From NCBI GenBank assembly GCA_902629855.1, contig CACOSI010000001.1:91846-155845 (forward strand): a stretch of DNA of 64,000 nucleotides. The letters run 5' to 3'. The notes under the pieces were generated by a model that worked only from the letters and a program-made list of their open reading frames with translations, was not told where the DNA came from and made no database searches. Origin of the DNA: an uncultured Fidelibacterota bacterium. GTDB lineage: Bacteria; Fidelibacterota; Marinisomatia; Marinisomatales; Marinisomataceae. Position 1 is the first letter of the stretch. Each line of letters starts with the position of its first letter. Of this stretch, positions 17,358 through 27,916 are shown in pieces. The translations under genes were made by a program, and so were the position numbers.

Positions 17358-18621
17358 GACATACCTGTGAAATAGGGTTAGCAAAAATATGACTATTTAA
17401 AATTAAATCCACGTCTTTTTTTCTTATATCTCCACTAAAATCAATTTCCCAAACAACACCACTCTTTAAAGAAGACAGGTTTTCAAAGCTAAAGCGGGTT
17501 TGAAGCGTTTGCAACAAGCTTTGACCGTGAATATCATCATGGCTTCTTGAAATAAAGTGTTTTTTTGACGATGTCCTTTTTATGTTAGAAACAAATTCCT
17601 TGCTAGGGTTGAAGAGAACATCTGTCTCAAGAACCTTTTTAAGTTCTTTTTCACTAACGCCAATAACTTCGTAGTGAAGATATTTTTTAATCTTTACGTT
17701 GGCTCCAAGCATATTAATGCATTTTTCTACGGACAGAGCCTCGTTATCTGCTATAATAGTAGAAATTAAAACCTCTCTAGAATCTTCTGGTTGTTCAAAT
17801 TTACCAACCTTAATTTTTTTTGATTCAAAGTTTAAGCTTTTATAACTGAGTTTTTCAGAAGAGTTAATATATTTTTTTAGATTTTCAAAAATATAATTAC
17901 CCTCACCATTTATTGTCCTTTCAGGGTGGGGCATCATTGCCATTACATTTCCACTGAGGTTGCTGATTGCGGCAGCGTTATTAAACGATCCGTTTGGGTT
18001 AACAGGAAAGTCTCCAACAACCTCACCGTTTTCTTTACAATACTGATATGTGGTAAGGTTTTTGTTCATCACAAGATCTGACAGGTCTTTGTCAAGCATG
18101 AAACGCCCTTCTGCATGAGCAATTGGAACTCTCAAAATATCACCACCGCTTTTAGTAAAAGCTGAATTGGCCTTCGGGTTTGGTTTAATATAACACCAGG
18201 TATTATAATATCCCGTTCCAACAATATTGTTTTTAACAACCCTTTTATTGTCAGCTAGAGCAATAACAGTGTCGAAATTATTATTGCCCGGAACCATTCC
18301 CGATTCAACTAAAATTTGCGCGCCATTACAAATTCCCAGAACAGGCTTCCCGGTTTGTGCTTGTTTTTTTATTTCATCCATAACCGGTTCTAAAGAAGCA
18401 ATAATACCAGACCTTGATCTATCCTCAAATGAAAAACCACCCAAGATAATGTATCCAGAATATTTTCCCAGATCTTCAGGGTTATCGTTCCAAAAATGGG
18501 GGTGTGGGGTCATTCCACACTTTTTTATCATATTTATGGTTTCGTTTTCTGTGTTTGAACCTGGGAACTGTATGTAAGCAATCGAATTATTCATCATTAA
18601 GGTAAACGAGGTTTTCACCAT
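17347..18621 (-). CDS. purQ: FGAM synthase glutaminase PurQ fused to two C-terminal PurS-like repeats
   Basis: The N-terminal ~255 aa is PurQ (IQFPGSN, nucleophile GICNGAQ, HPER). The C-terminal ~170 aa has two PurS-like units (…DNEALSVEKCINMLG…VLFNPSKEF… and …DDIHGQSLLQTL…IFANPISQVCHEY). The start may instead be Met9/10 (18597/18594). Confidence 0.85.
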   Translation of the reverse strand: MVKTSFTLMMNNSIAYIQFPGSNTENETINMIKKCGMTPHPHFWNDNPEDLGKYSGYIILGGFSFEDRSRSGIIASLEPVMDEIKKQAQTGKPVLGICNGAQILVESGMVPGNNNFDTVIALADNKRVVKNNIVGTGYYNTWCYIKPNPKANSAFTKSGGDILRVPIAHAEGRFMLDKDLSDLVMNKNLTTYQYCKENGEVVGDFPVNPNGSFNNAAAISNLSGNVMAMMPHPERTINGEGNYIFENLKKYINSSEKLSYKSLNFESKKIKVGKFEQPEDSREVLISTIIADNEALSVEKCINMLGANVKIKKYLHYEVIGVSEKELKKVLETDVLFNPSKEFVSNIKRTSSKKHFISRSHDDIHGQSLLQTLQTRFSFENLSSLKSGVVWEIDFSGDIRKKDVDLILNSHIFANPISQVCHEY

Positions 18622-19633
18622 CTTCTTTTACTATTCCAATTTCAGAACAACTATCTGCACCAACCACAGAAATAAGACCGTTTTTTTGTGTTTTATCAAC
18701 AATCAAAACCAAACCAATACCCATATTAAAGGTCTGGTAAAGATCTTTTTTTTCAATTTCTAAATTTTCTAAAAAGAAATCGAAAATTGGGATCTTTTTC
18801 CAGGAGTCTATGTTGATATCAACTGAAAACTGCTTAGGTATAACGCGCGTTATATTGTCAACAAGCCCACCCCCGGTTATATGAGAAATACTTTTTACTT
18901 CGACTCCCGCTTCAACTAATCTTTGAATTAAAGCGCTATAGTTTGTATGAGGGGCTAAAAGAGCCTCCCCAACGGACATGTTGAAGCCAGGTAACTTGTC
19001 ATTGGTTGAAAGATTTAGGGTTTCAAAAATAAGTTTACGAGCAAGCGAATAACCGTTTGTATGAAGACCATTTGAAAAAACACCAATTGCAATATCACCC
19101 TTTTTAACACTTGACCCATCAATAATTTTTTTCCGTTCAACAACCCCTGTTGCAACACCAACCAGGTCATATTCATTCTTTTGGTAAGTACCAGGCATTT
19201 CTGCCGTTTCTCCTCCAACCAAAGCAACACCAAGGCTTTTACATTCACGAGCAACACTTTTTATGATTTCTGAAACAATGTTTTTTTCTAGCGAACTTCC
19301 AGCAACATAATCAAGAAAGGTTAGTGGAATAGCTCCAGTGACCGCAACATCGTTACAACAAGCGCTAACAAGGTCTTGGCCAATAAATTTGAAATTATTC
19401 GCAGCAAAAGCCACAGACATTTTAGTCCCAACACCATCAATACTTTGAACAAGAACAGGATCTTCATAGTCTTCAATGAGCTCCTTTAGGGAGTACATTG
19501 AACCAAAACCACCTATTGAAGACAGAACACGCTCATTGAAGGTTTCTTTAATTTGGGTTTTTGCCAACTCAATAGCATCATCTGCTTTTTTAATATCAAC
19601 CCCAGCATCTTTATAGGTTATGTTTTTTTTCAC
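18587..19633 (-). CDS. purM: AIR synthetase (phosphoribosylformylglycinamidine cyclo-ligase)
   Basis: YKDAGVDIKKADDAIE… N-terminus and AIRS/AIRS_C-like sequence throughout. I set the start to GTG 19633, which is preceded by AGAGGAG about 8 nt upstream. The track's 19666 start is a TTG. Confidence 0.92.
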   Translation of the reverse strand: MKKNITYKDAGVDIKKADDAIELAKTQIKETFNERVLSSIGGFGSMYSLKELIEDYEDPVLVQSIDGVGTKMSVAFAANNFKFIGQDLVSACCNDVAVTGAIPLTFLDYVAGSSLEKNIVSEIIKSVARECKSLGVALVGGETAEMPGTYQKNEYDLVGVATGVVERKKIIDGSSVKKGDIAIGVFSNGLHTNGYSLARKLIFETLNLSTNDKLPGFNMSVGEALLAPHTNYSALIQRLVEAGVEVKSISHITGGGLVDNITRVIPKQFSVDINIDSWKKIPIFDFFLENLEIEKKDLYQTFNMGIGLVLIVDKTQKNGLISVVGADSCSEIGIVKEDGENLVYLNDE

Positions 19634-21956
19634 TATTGAAGCTCCTCTCTTAAGGAATTTTCCCAAACATTTTTGGCAATTTCTACATTAATATTAGCAC
19701 CATTTTCAAAAACAATCACACCCGATTTATTCGTACGCCCTATTTTTTTAAAAGAAGACTGATTTTCTTTCATATGATTCTCAAAGTCATCAATATTTTT
19801 TTCATCAACCTCTACAATTAGTGCTAGATTTTCACTTATAAGTTGTTCGTTAGAAATTTTTTCCACGGAAACTCCAACCATATTTTTGAAACACATCTTA
19901 GAAATCGATGCCATTAAACCCCCCAAACCCACCACGGAGCAAGAGCTTAGTAACCCTCTTTCGTTTGCACCTAAAATTGATTGCAACATTTTATTATAGA
20001 TAGCAGCATCAACCTTTTCAACCGTTGTGTTATTAATATTCAAAACTTTACAAGACAAGCTTCCTCCTATTGAAGAGTGTTGAGCACCAACAAGGTAAAT
20101 AGTAGAAGAGGTGCTTATAAAATTATTATCTAAAACATTTCCTTTATTTACCCTGCCAAAACAGCCCACCATTGGACTTGCGGGAACAGACTTTTCACCA
20201 CTTTGGTTATAAAAACTAACATTTCCCGCAACAATTGGAAGGTTGTTGAGGTTGTCAAAGTGCATTTCATCACACACCTCTCTTATTGCTAAACAACTTT
20301 CTGAAAACTGCCACATTTCTTCAGCTTTTTCAGGATTACCAAAACACAAGCAGTCAGTTATAGCAATCGGGGTAGCACCAACGGAAACGGTTTTGGCACA
20401 ACCCTCTAATACAGAATAATGTGCAACTAAAAATGGATCGATTTTTCCAATAGCTGGATTGTGTGTTAAGGATGCACTAAAACAGGTTTCTTTAATTTCA
20501 CTGGGGAATTTATCTGAATCAAAAGGAGCTACTACACCGGCACACGACATACCCCTTTCTTTTATAACTCTACCTTGAACATTTTTATCATATTTCTCAT
20601 AAATCGGCACCCTAGAAGAAACGTTTTCGTGCCCTAAAATTTTCAACAGCAAACTGCTAAAATTTATATCGATAGGAAGGGGATCGTTGTGAGTTGGTTT
20701 TTTGCTTGGCTTTATAGGTCTATCATATACAAACCCTTCATTTATTTTTTCAATTGGGCCGTCAACCAGTTTTTTACCTTCAAAGAAAACGGTGTAATGA
20801 CGGTCCTTAATAATTTTTCCTACTATGCTTGCTTGCGCACCCACAGATACATTTGGGAAATCAAAGTCTTTATTATAGTGATCTAATATTATATTTGTTA
20901 ATTCGGGAGGACACGCCCACATAAATCTTTCCTGAGTTTCAGAACATAAAATAACGTGTGGATCTAAGTTGGAAATGCTAGTATGAATTTTGTCTACCCA
21001 AACTTCAGCACCAAGACCAGCAGCGTCAGCAAGCTCAATGCTTGCACAGGCAACACCACCTGCACCAAGATCTTTAAAACCAACTTTTTCAATTTGGTTG
21101 TTTTTTTCTAAATACTCAAAAAGAGCATATGTAGATTTTAATATGTGTCTTTCTAGAAAAGCGTTGGGCTCTTGAACCGCACCCTTGTTTTGCTGTTCTT
21201 TTTCTTCTTCAAGCTCGAGAGAAGCAAAGCTTGCTCCACCAAACCCGCTATTATCAGTTGGTTTTCCAACTAAAACTAAATCATATCCAGCAGAATTTTC
21301 TGGGGATCTTGATCGAATAACATTTTTTTCTTTTACAATACCAGCAGTAAGTACGGTAACTAAACAATTATCATTGTAACCCTCATCAAAATATAAATCA
21401 CCACAAATGTTGGGTATTCCTAAAGGGTTTCCATAACCAGCAATTCCAGAAACAACACCGTCATGTATCCACTTGGTTTTATTTCTTTTTATGTCTCCAA
21501 AACGCAGACTGTCACCAATTGCTACAACCTCTGCACCCATACAGCACACATCTCTAACGTTACCACCAACACCAGTGGCGGCACCCTCAAAAGGAACAAT
21601 TTGGCTTGGGTGGTTGTGAGACTCGTGACTTACTACAAGGCCGTATCTATTACCGCCTTTATCAGCTGCCAAACTAACAACACCAGCATCATCTTTAGCG
21701 CCCAAAATTACATTTTCACCGTGCGTTTTAAAATGTTTTATGTGGTTTTTACTGCTTTTATAAGAACTATGTTCAGAACCTTGAATTGAAAAAAGAATCA
21801 ACTCAGTTAGGGTAGCGGGTCTTCCCAAAAAATCAAATTGTATTTTCTTTGCTTCATCTATACTTAATGGGATACTTAGATCTTCAAGAGAACTTTTTAT
21901 TTCTGCATCCGAGCTAGAAGAAATATCAACCGTGTCCCAACTAGCCAATTTTTTCA

Positions 21957-21957
<1 letters not shown>
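19633..21957 (-). CDS. purL: FGAM synthase II (PurL, small type)
   Basis: 774 aa with VVSHESHNHPSQIVPFEGAATGVGGNVRD and duplicated AIRS-like domains. Confidence 0.95.
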
Positions 21958-23252
<1,295 letters not shown>

Positions 23253-23295
23253 TTAATGATAAATTGTAATTTATGACGTGAGAATCATTTACCAA

Positions 23296-24522
23296 ATGAA
23301 TACTTTTAAAATTTTAATATTTATATCAATTTTCAACCTCTTTGGCTGCGCCGCAACAGGCTCGTTGCTGGTTCCATTAGAGTCAATAGAGGCGCCTAGT
23401 GGAAAATATGGCATAGGGACTCAGGTGTATTTTTGGGAAGACAAAGAAAGAGGAGAAGTTTATACAACTGATCCAACGGATTTTAGAGAATTAATGGTTC
23501 AAATCTGGTACCCAGCTAATAAAAATGCAGCATACCAAAAAACACCACATGTTACTTTTCCAGAAAAATCAATTTCCATCATTGCCAAATCAGCTGGACT
23601 GCCAACAAACTTTGGAAAACATGGAATACAGCTAAAATCAAATTCAGTACAAGGCCTATCCCCCGTATCGGATGGAGAGTTTCCATTAATCTTGTTTTCT
23701 CACGGAGATGGAGGGCTATTGACACAGAACACTTCGCAGGTAGAAGAACTGGTCAGCAATGGGTATGTTGTAATTGCGTGTAATCACACATATAATGCAA
23801 GCATCTCTTTTGATAAAAAGGGCGAACCAGTGCTATACAAACAGAATGTAAAGTGGAACGAACAAGCACAATACCATAAGAAGTATTATACCAACAAGCT
23901 GATAAATTACAGATACCAAGACCTTGCGTTTCTTTTAAGCCAACTAAAAAATGATTTTTTGCAAAACGGACAAAAAAATCCCTACAAAGAAATTATTGAC
24001 TTTAATAATGTAGGAGCCATGGGTCACTCAATGGGTGGAGGCACAACCTACGTCGGGATGCTAAAAGACAAAAATATTAAAGCCGGAGTAGCTTTTGACG
24101 GCTGGTTTTACGGCTTACTAGAAAAAGATATATTATCAGATACCAAAAAACCCTTTCTTCATCTTGGTCAAGAACAGTTTTTAGATACCGAAGTTATTGG
24201 AGACATTAATGGTAGCAAATCAGGAAAAGAAAACTTTAAAATCTATAATTCTATGTTAAAAAACAATAAAGAGTCGTACGGTGTTTATATCAAAAACAGC
24301 TTACATTATTCTTATACAGATTTAAAGCTAATTTACGATCCTGACAGGCCATTGGCGCTACCGCTAAAAAGCCTTGGAGAGGTTGACAAAGACTTGGTTG
24401 ATAAGGTTATGGATAAAACAATATTAAATTTCTTTGATTATACTTTAAAAAAGGATCAATTCGACTTTGAAAATTTGAACACATACAATGATCAGGTTAT
24501 CTACAAGACCTACCCAAACTGA
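23296..24522 (+). CDS. secreted alpha/beta-hydrolase lipoprotein, PAF-acetylhydrolase/lipase-like
   Basis: Signal peptide plus lipobox (NLFGC), PLILFSHGDGG, and the nucleophile elbow GHSMGG. I chose ATG 23296 over the upstream GTG at 23278. Confidence 0.6.
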   Translation: MNTFKILIFISIFNLFGCAATGSLLVPLESIEAPSGKYGIGTQVYFWEDKERGEVYTTDPTDFRELMVQIWYPANKNAAYQKTPHVTFPEKSISIIAKSAGLPTNFGKHGIQLKSNSVQGLSPVSDGEFPLILFSHGDGGLLTQNTSQVEELVSNGYVVIACNHTYNASISFDKKGEPVLYKQNVKWNEQAQYHKKYYTNKLINYRYQDLAFLLSQLKNDFLQNGQKNPYKEIIDFNNVGAMGHSMGGGTTYVGMLKDKNIKAGVAFDGWFYGLLEKDILSDTKKPFLHLGQEQFLDTEVIGDINGSKSGKENFKIYNSMLKNNKESYGVYIKNSLHYSYTDLKLIYDPDRPLALPLKSLGEVDKDLVDKVMDKTILNFFDYTLKKDQFDFENLNTYNDQVIYKTYPN

Positions 24523-24626
24523 CAAGAATTTTTTCAAAAACTAGTGCAATCACAAAAAACGCCGAAAATTAAAATACCAAAAAAGTATTGACATCTACGT
24601 AAACTATCATCAATTTAGTTGAAATT

Positions 24627-24659
24627 AGCATTTGAAAGGGTACGGACCCTTCGAGTGCT
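24627..24659 (+). promoter_or_regulatory. imperfect hairpin in the 247-nt spacer upstream of the outer-membrane operon
   Basis: The core is AAGGGT-ACGG-ACCCTT (24636-24651, perfect 6-bp stem, 4-nt loop), flanked by AGCA…TGCT. There is no T-tail and its function is unknown. Confidence 0.35.
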
Positions 24660-24769
24660 TTGTATATATATTGACGATTTACACATATATATAATAGGGT
24701 AAGAAGTAAAATGAAGATAAATAATAAACGAAAATTTGTATATAAAAATACTCATTTGGAGGTAGAATA

Positions 24770-27700
24770 ATGAGAAAACTACGTATGTTAATTGCGCTGG
24801 TTATCCTACCAACGATGATGTTTGCTCAATCAACAACCGCGAAATTGGCGGGTGTGGTTGCAGATGCTGATGGTAATCCATTGGTTGGTGCGAACGTTGT
24901 TGTGGAAGGTTCTAACCTTGGTGCAGCTACCGATGAACTCGGTAGATACTATATTCTTGACGTTCCTGTAGGTAGTTATGATCTAAGAGCCGAGTATATT
25001 GGTTATACTACTGTTGTTGAGTCTGGGGTAAGAACATCAGTTGGTTTTACAACCACTGTTGATTTTAATCTAGATGTTGCAGCTGTAGCAGGTCAGGCAG
25101 TTACAGTAACTAGAGAAAGACCATTAATTAATCCAAATGCAACAAATACAACTCGAGTAGTTGATAAAGAGTTGATTGATGCGTTTGCTGTTAGAGGGGT
25201 TTCAAATATTGTAAACTTACAAACAGGGGTTGTTAATGGATTTTTCCGAGGCAGTAGAAGTGGTGACAGTCGTTACTATGTTGACGGTGTACCTGTTAAA
25301 GACGTCTACAGCGGAGGAAACTTATTAAACGGTAATTCACAAGCAGCACTGCAGGAAGTCTCAGTACAAACTGGTGGGTTCTCTGCTGAATATGGTGGTG
25401 CTAATGGTGGTATCGTTAACATTACAACAAAAACAGGTGGATCAGAGTGGTCATCAAGAGTTGGGGTAATTACCTCGCTTGGTTCTGATGCAAGCACAGA
25501 TCCCGACAAACTATATTCTGATGGATACAACAATGTCAACTTTGACTTTGGTGGTCCAATCAGCGATAATGTAAAAGTATATTTATCTGTAGAAAGTAGA
25601 GAAAAAGGTGGAGACGTATCTTATAGTTACTTCCCACAAATGGATGCAACTGTATTGCAAGATGCAGATGGAAACTTCATTGCACCACCTTCTGACTACT
25701 ACAGTGATGGTACCGATGGACTAGTTTATGGAAATGATGCCAATGGTAATAAAATTGCACATATTGAAGAAGTTGTCAGACAAAAAGATATTTATGACGC
25801 TTCACTAGGTAGCGACACTTTATATGTTGTTTATAGTAATTATAGACGTATGTATGGTCAGCAGCCACAAGATGACAATGAACGTATTACTATTAATGGT
25901 AATATGACCATGGATTTTGGTCCTTTAAGACTAAAACTAGGTACACAAGCATATGATTACGAAGGACATAGTTATAGCTGGAGTAGAGTATATGGTGGAA
26001 CGGACGGTTCATTTATTAATGAAGCTGACTTCTCCATGGGCTACTTAAATGCTAGATATACAATCAGTCCTCTATCATATATTAAAGCTTCACTGTCTCA
26101 GCAAACTTATGAGACAACAAGTGGTAATGAAAATTACTTACATGATATTGAAGCATATGGAAGAAGATCATCTACGTTTGGTGATCCAAATTATTTCAAA
26201 AGAGATAATAACTTCTTTAACCCAATTAGCCCAGATGAATTCTTTGGGGTATCAGGGTATGGAAGTCAAACAACCTCTTACGACACAAGAAAATCAACAA
26301 CTAACACAATTAGTTTTGATTACACGAACCAAATTGGTTACAATGAGTTAAAAATTGGTGGTTCTATTGACAACCATGAAATTACTCGTTATGGTTTAGG
26401 TGCTTCTGGTGTTGCTAGAGCAATCTTCCAAGTAGATAGATTTGGAAACCAAGATGGTGTAGTTACTAACGATGAAATTATTGCTGTAGGAAGTGACCCA
26501 GCTGACTGGAAGTTTATTAACTACAGATCATTATATGTAACAAATCTTGGTTATAACATTTATGGTGATGAGTGGAACGGAACATACAATCAAGATGATC
26601 ATATGTTAGCTCCAGCAGAACCAACACAAACACGTTTTTACGTTCAAGATAAGTTAGAGTTTAAAGACGTTGTTGTTCAACTTGGTGTATCATTCGAAAC
26701 TATTGACACTGGTGCTATGGCTCCAGATTCTGATGGTGACGGTTATGGTGACTCAGACGGTTTCAACAACCTATACTTTAACAGACAGCGTGTTGATAGA
26801 AATGGTGATGGTAACGGTAACTTTGTTTGGAAGAAAGTTAAAAAAGAAACCGCTACACACCCAAGAGTAGGAGTTTCATTCCCAGTATCCGATCGTACAG
26901 TATTCCGTGCGAATTACGGAACACACTGGCAATCAGTTCCTATGTCGTTTTTATACCTTTCAGATTCACAGCTATCTGCTGACATCTTAGCAGGTAATGC
27001 TACTGCATCTGAAAACCCTGCTCTTAAACCAGAGCGTTCAACTCAGTACGAAATTGGTATTGAGCAACGTATTGGAGCTTTTGCTTCATTAAAGGTTGAA
27101 GGGTTTTATAAGGAAAGTAAAGACTATTTAACGCTTGCTAATCGTACAGAAGCGTTCACCAACACTGGTGGTGCAGATACTCAGCAAAACTGGGCGCAAT
27201 ACCAAAATGGTGACGTTATGGTATCTCAAGGATTAACAACAAACTTTGAGATGCGCAGAACTAGAGGTTTATATGCGCAAGCAAACTATACATACTCAGA
27301 AGCTAGAGGTACTGGTTCCTATGGTTCACAGAACTTCTACATTACATGGATTGGTACTGATGATGGTTATCCAAAAGCGATGAACCTATTAGACTATGAC
27401 CAAACTCACACTGCAAATGTAATTCTTGACTGGAGATCACCAGATGCTACTGGTGCTTTAGCAAACACAGGATTTAATGCTGTAATGAGTTTTGGTAGTG
27501 GTACTCGCTATACACCAGCACAAATCTATAGTACAGTTTTTGAGAACAGATGGGAATTCCCAGAAGGTCCAGTAAACTCAGGTACTATGCCTTCATATAC
27601 TAACCTTGACTTAAGAGTTGATAGACAAGTAAGCCTTGGCGGATTAAACGCTAATGTTTATGTATCTGTTTTCAACGCTCTTGATTCAGAACAAGTAAAT

Positions 27701-27895
27701 GATGTTTACCGTGGGACAGGTAACGTAGCCGAAGATGGTTGGGTTGCTACTGAAAGTGGGCAGCAATGGCTTGCCAATAGATTAGCTCAAAACCCTGACG
27801 TTGATGCAGCTGCTATGTATCAGGATAACCTTGCGTTTCCTGCTAGATGGGGTGCTCCAAGAACTGTAAGGGTTGGTTTAAACATTAGTTTTTAA
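24770..27895 (+). CDS. TonB-dependent outer-membrane receptor with N-terminal carboxypeptidase-regulatory-like domain
   Basis: 1041 aa. It has a signal peptide (…MMFAQS), a CarbopepD_reg-like segment (KLAGVVADADGNPLVGANVVVEG…GRYYILDVPVGSYDLRAEYIGY), a plug (…RGSRSGDSRYYVDGVPV…), a long barrel, and the C-terminus …VRVGLNISF. GGAGG SD at 24758-24762. Confidence 0.85.
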   Translation: MRKLRMLIALVILPTMMFAQSTTAKLAGVVADADGNPLVGANVVVEGSNLGAATDELGRYYILDVPVGSYDLRAEYIGYTTVVESGVRTSVGFTTTVDFNLDVAAVAGQAVTVTRERPLINPNATNTTRVVDKELIDAFAVRGVSNIVNLQTGVVNGFFRGSRSGDSRYYVDGVPVKDVYSGGNLLNGNSQAALQEVSVQTGGFSAEYGGANGGIVNITTKTGGSEWSSRVGVITSLGSDASTDPDKLYSDGYNNVNFDFGGPISDNVKVYLSVESREKGGDVSYSYFPQMDATVLQDADGNFIAPPSDYYSDGTDGLVYGNDANGNKIAHIEEVVRQKDIYDASLGSDTLYVVYSNYRRMYGQQPQDDNERITINGNMTMDFGPLRLKLGTQAYDYEGHSYSWSRVYGGTDGSFINEADFSMGYLNARYTISPLSYIKASLSQQTYETTSGNENYLHDIEAYGRRSSTFGDPNYFKRDNNFFNPISPDEFFGVSGYGSQTTSYDTRKSTTNTISFDYTNQIGYNELKIGGSIDNHEITRYGLGASGVARAIFQVDRFGNQDGVVTNDEIIAVGSDPADWKFINYRSLYVTNLGYNIYGDEWNGTYNQDDHMLAPAEPTQTRFYVQDKLEFKDVVVQLGVSFETIDTGAMAPDSDGDGYGDSDGFNNLYFNRQRVDRNGDGNGNFVWKKVKKETATHPRVGVSFPVSDRTVFRANYGTHWQSVPMSFLYLSDSQLSADILAGNATASENPALKPERSTQYEIGIEQRIGAFASLKVEGFYKESKDYLTLANRTEAFTNTGGADTQQNWAQYQNGDVMVSQGLTTNFEMRRTRGLYAQANYTYSEARGTGSYGSQNFYITWIGTDDGYPKAMNLLDYDQTHTANVILDWRSPDATGALANTGFNAVMSFGSGTRYTPAQIYSTVFENRWEFPEGPVNSGTMPSYTNLDLRVDRQVSLGGLNANVYVSVFNALDSEQVNDVYRGTGNVAEDGWVATESGQQWLANRLAQNPDVDAAAMYQDNLAFPARWGAPRTVRVGLNISF

Positions 27896-27916
27896 TAAAA
27901 AGGTAAAGAGGTAAAT

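Noticed and set aside
24671-24695. TTGACG … TATAAT as the promoter of the outer-membrane operon
   Set aside because: The spacer is only 13 nt by my count, too short for a sigma70 promoter. I left it as an observation rather than a feature.
24711-24770. 19-codon upstream ORF (MKINNKRKFVYKNTHLEVE) whose TAA overlaps the receptor ATG (TAATG)
   Set aside because: It has no convincing SD and sits in an AT-rich context where short ORFs arise easily. Conservation cannot be tested here, so it is noted but not called.
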